A stretch of DNA of 64,000 bases, taken from a virus. Lineage: Duplodnaviria; Heunggongvirae; Uroviricota; Caudoviricetes. The stretch's first letter is position 1, and each line of letters starts with the position of its first letter. Under the pieces are notes generated by a model. It had not been told where the DNA came from. It saw only the letters and a program-made list of their open reading frames with translations, and did not search any database. The stretch is from the IMG/VR virus record IMGVR_UViG_3300043466_001354; one strand, written 5' to 3'. A program made the translations under genes and the position numbers. Shown here one piece after another: positions 63,172 to 64,000 of the stretch.

Positions 63172-64000
63172 GATTTAGACCAGGTCTACGCTTCTCAACT
63201 TGCTTGACGGATAGTTCTCCGGTGTTCGTCTTATCAGCAATTTTACGGATGTAACGACGAGCTAGGTCGCGAGAGATCTCGTCAAGACCTTCAACTTCTT
63301 CCTTCATCTTCTTTTTTCTCATAAGATGAAAATCATGCGAGTCGATTTTACCGTTCTTGTTGTGATCCAACTTCTTTTGACCGCCAACCAGTTTTTCTTC
63401 GAGATCTGCTTCTTCTTTTGCGAGTTTATCAGTAGCTCTAGTAATACCCTTCATACGGTTAACTATACCACGCTTTATATCTGGCGAAGATTTTCCCATT
63501 GAGGATGAGGCTTGTGCAGCAGCAACAGCAGTTTTACCAGCCATACTACCAGCAGCCTTCTTCACATATGAACCGAGGGTTGATTTCTTGAGTTCATCAA
63601 GATTTTCAACTTCTTCTTTAGTTAGTTTATCAACTGCTTTAGCGATGCCCATATCTCTTTTATAGGATTTTTGGAGATTTGACGTGCTTGTATCTTTTTC
63701 GGCTCCACGCTTATATTCTCTTCCAGCTAGATTGCGTGAGGCTTTCTTAACATATGAACCAAGGGTCTTCTTTGAAAGTTCGTCGATCTGTTCGAATTCT
63801 TCTTTAGCTAGTTTATTTGAAGCGAGGGATACTCCCTTGCTACGCTTGTCCATAGTCTTTTTTTCTTTTGAAATGTCTACAGACTGAGAATCCTTACTGC
63901 CTAGCATTTTATCAATTGCTGAGTCTGATGCACGATCCATGGCTTTACTTGCCGCAGATTTATATCTTTGCAAAGTTGCGGTCGAAACTTCATCAAGTTC
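63110..64000 (-). CDS. Lys-rich tandem-repeat protein (5' end beyond the window)
   Basis: At least three about 40-aa repeats, KL(A/T)KEE.E..DEL.KK.TLGSYVKKA...AG; the frame is open to the window edge. Confidence 0.4.
   Translation of the reverse strand, partial: ELDEVSTATLQRYKSAASKAMDRASDSAIDKMLGSKDSQSVDISKEKKTMDKRSKGVSLASNKLAKEEFEQIDELSKKTLGSYVKKASRNLAGREYKRGAEKDTSTSNLQKSYKRDMGIAKAVDKLTKEEVENLDELKKSTLGSYVKKAAGSMAGKTAVAAAQASSSMGKSSPDIKRGIVNRMKGITRATDKLAKEEADLEEKLVGGQKKLDHNKNGKIDSHDFHLMRKKKMKEEVEGLDEISRDLARRYIRKIADKTNTGELSVKQVEKRRPGLNLAGKKAYPSIAGEPKVRATD

Noticed and set aside
1-64000. CRISPR arrays, integrases, transposases or prophage att sites
   Set aside because: No direct-repeat/spacer periodicity, tyrosine or serine recombinase motifs, or IS-like inverted terminal repeats were seen. 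The window looks like a strictly lytic T4-type genome segment.

Overview
This window is from a T4-like (Tevenvirinae-type) myovirus. Identification rests on strong similarity to T4 gp17 (large terminase), gp20 (portal), gp18, gp19, gp21, gp14 and gp15. Positions 1-15230 (+ strand) carry a late structural module in T4 order: gp13 (partial), gp14, a large Gly-rich fibre-like protein, gp15, gp16, gp17, gp18, gp19, gp20, core proteins, gp21, gp22, gp23. T4-type TATAAATA late promoters sit in front of gp18, gp21, gp22 and gp23. Convergent hairpin terminators at 15233-15300 separate this module from about 49 kb of minus-strand early/middle genes. A reiterated sigma70-like early-promoter cassette recurs at least 12 times across the minus-strand block, always with a 17-bp spacer. 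The minus block encodes nucleotide metabolism (nrdA, nrdB carrying an N-terminal ATP-cone, td, frd, nrdC, dNMP kinase, MazG, PhoH). It also encodes replication and repair functions (gp61 primase, Dda helicase, RNase H, ATP-dependent DNA ligase, RnlA-type RNA ligase and a split polynucleotide kinase/phosphatase). Sugar-nucleotide and glycosyltransferase genes are present. A lysis cassette has a GH19 endolysin and overlapping spanins, and there are two further peptidoglycan hydrolases. The most unusual locus is a phosphate-stress module: pstS, a PlcP-like metallophosphoesterase, an Agt-like GT4 glycosyltransferase and a ugd-like gene, with a Pho-box-like repeat upstream. A GapR/DUF2312 homologue, an SleB-like hydrolase and the lipid-remodelling genes suggest a marine alphaproteobacterial host. 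That inference is weak. All assignments come from reading motifs in the translations; no database searches were run.
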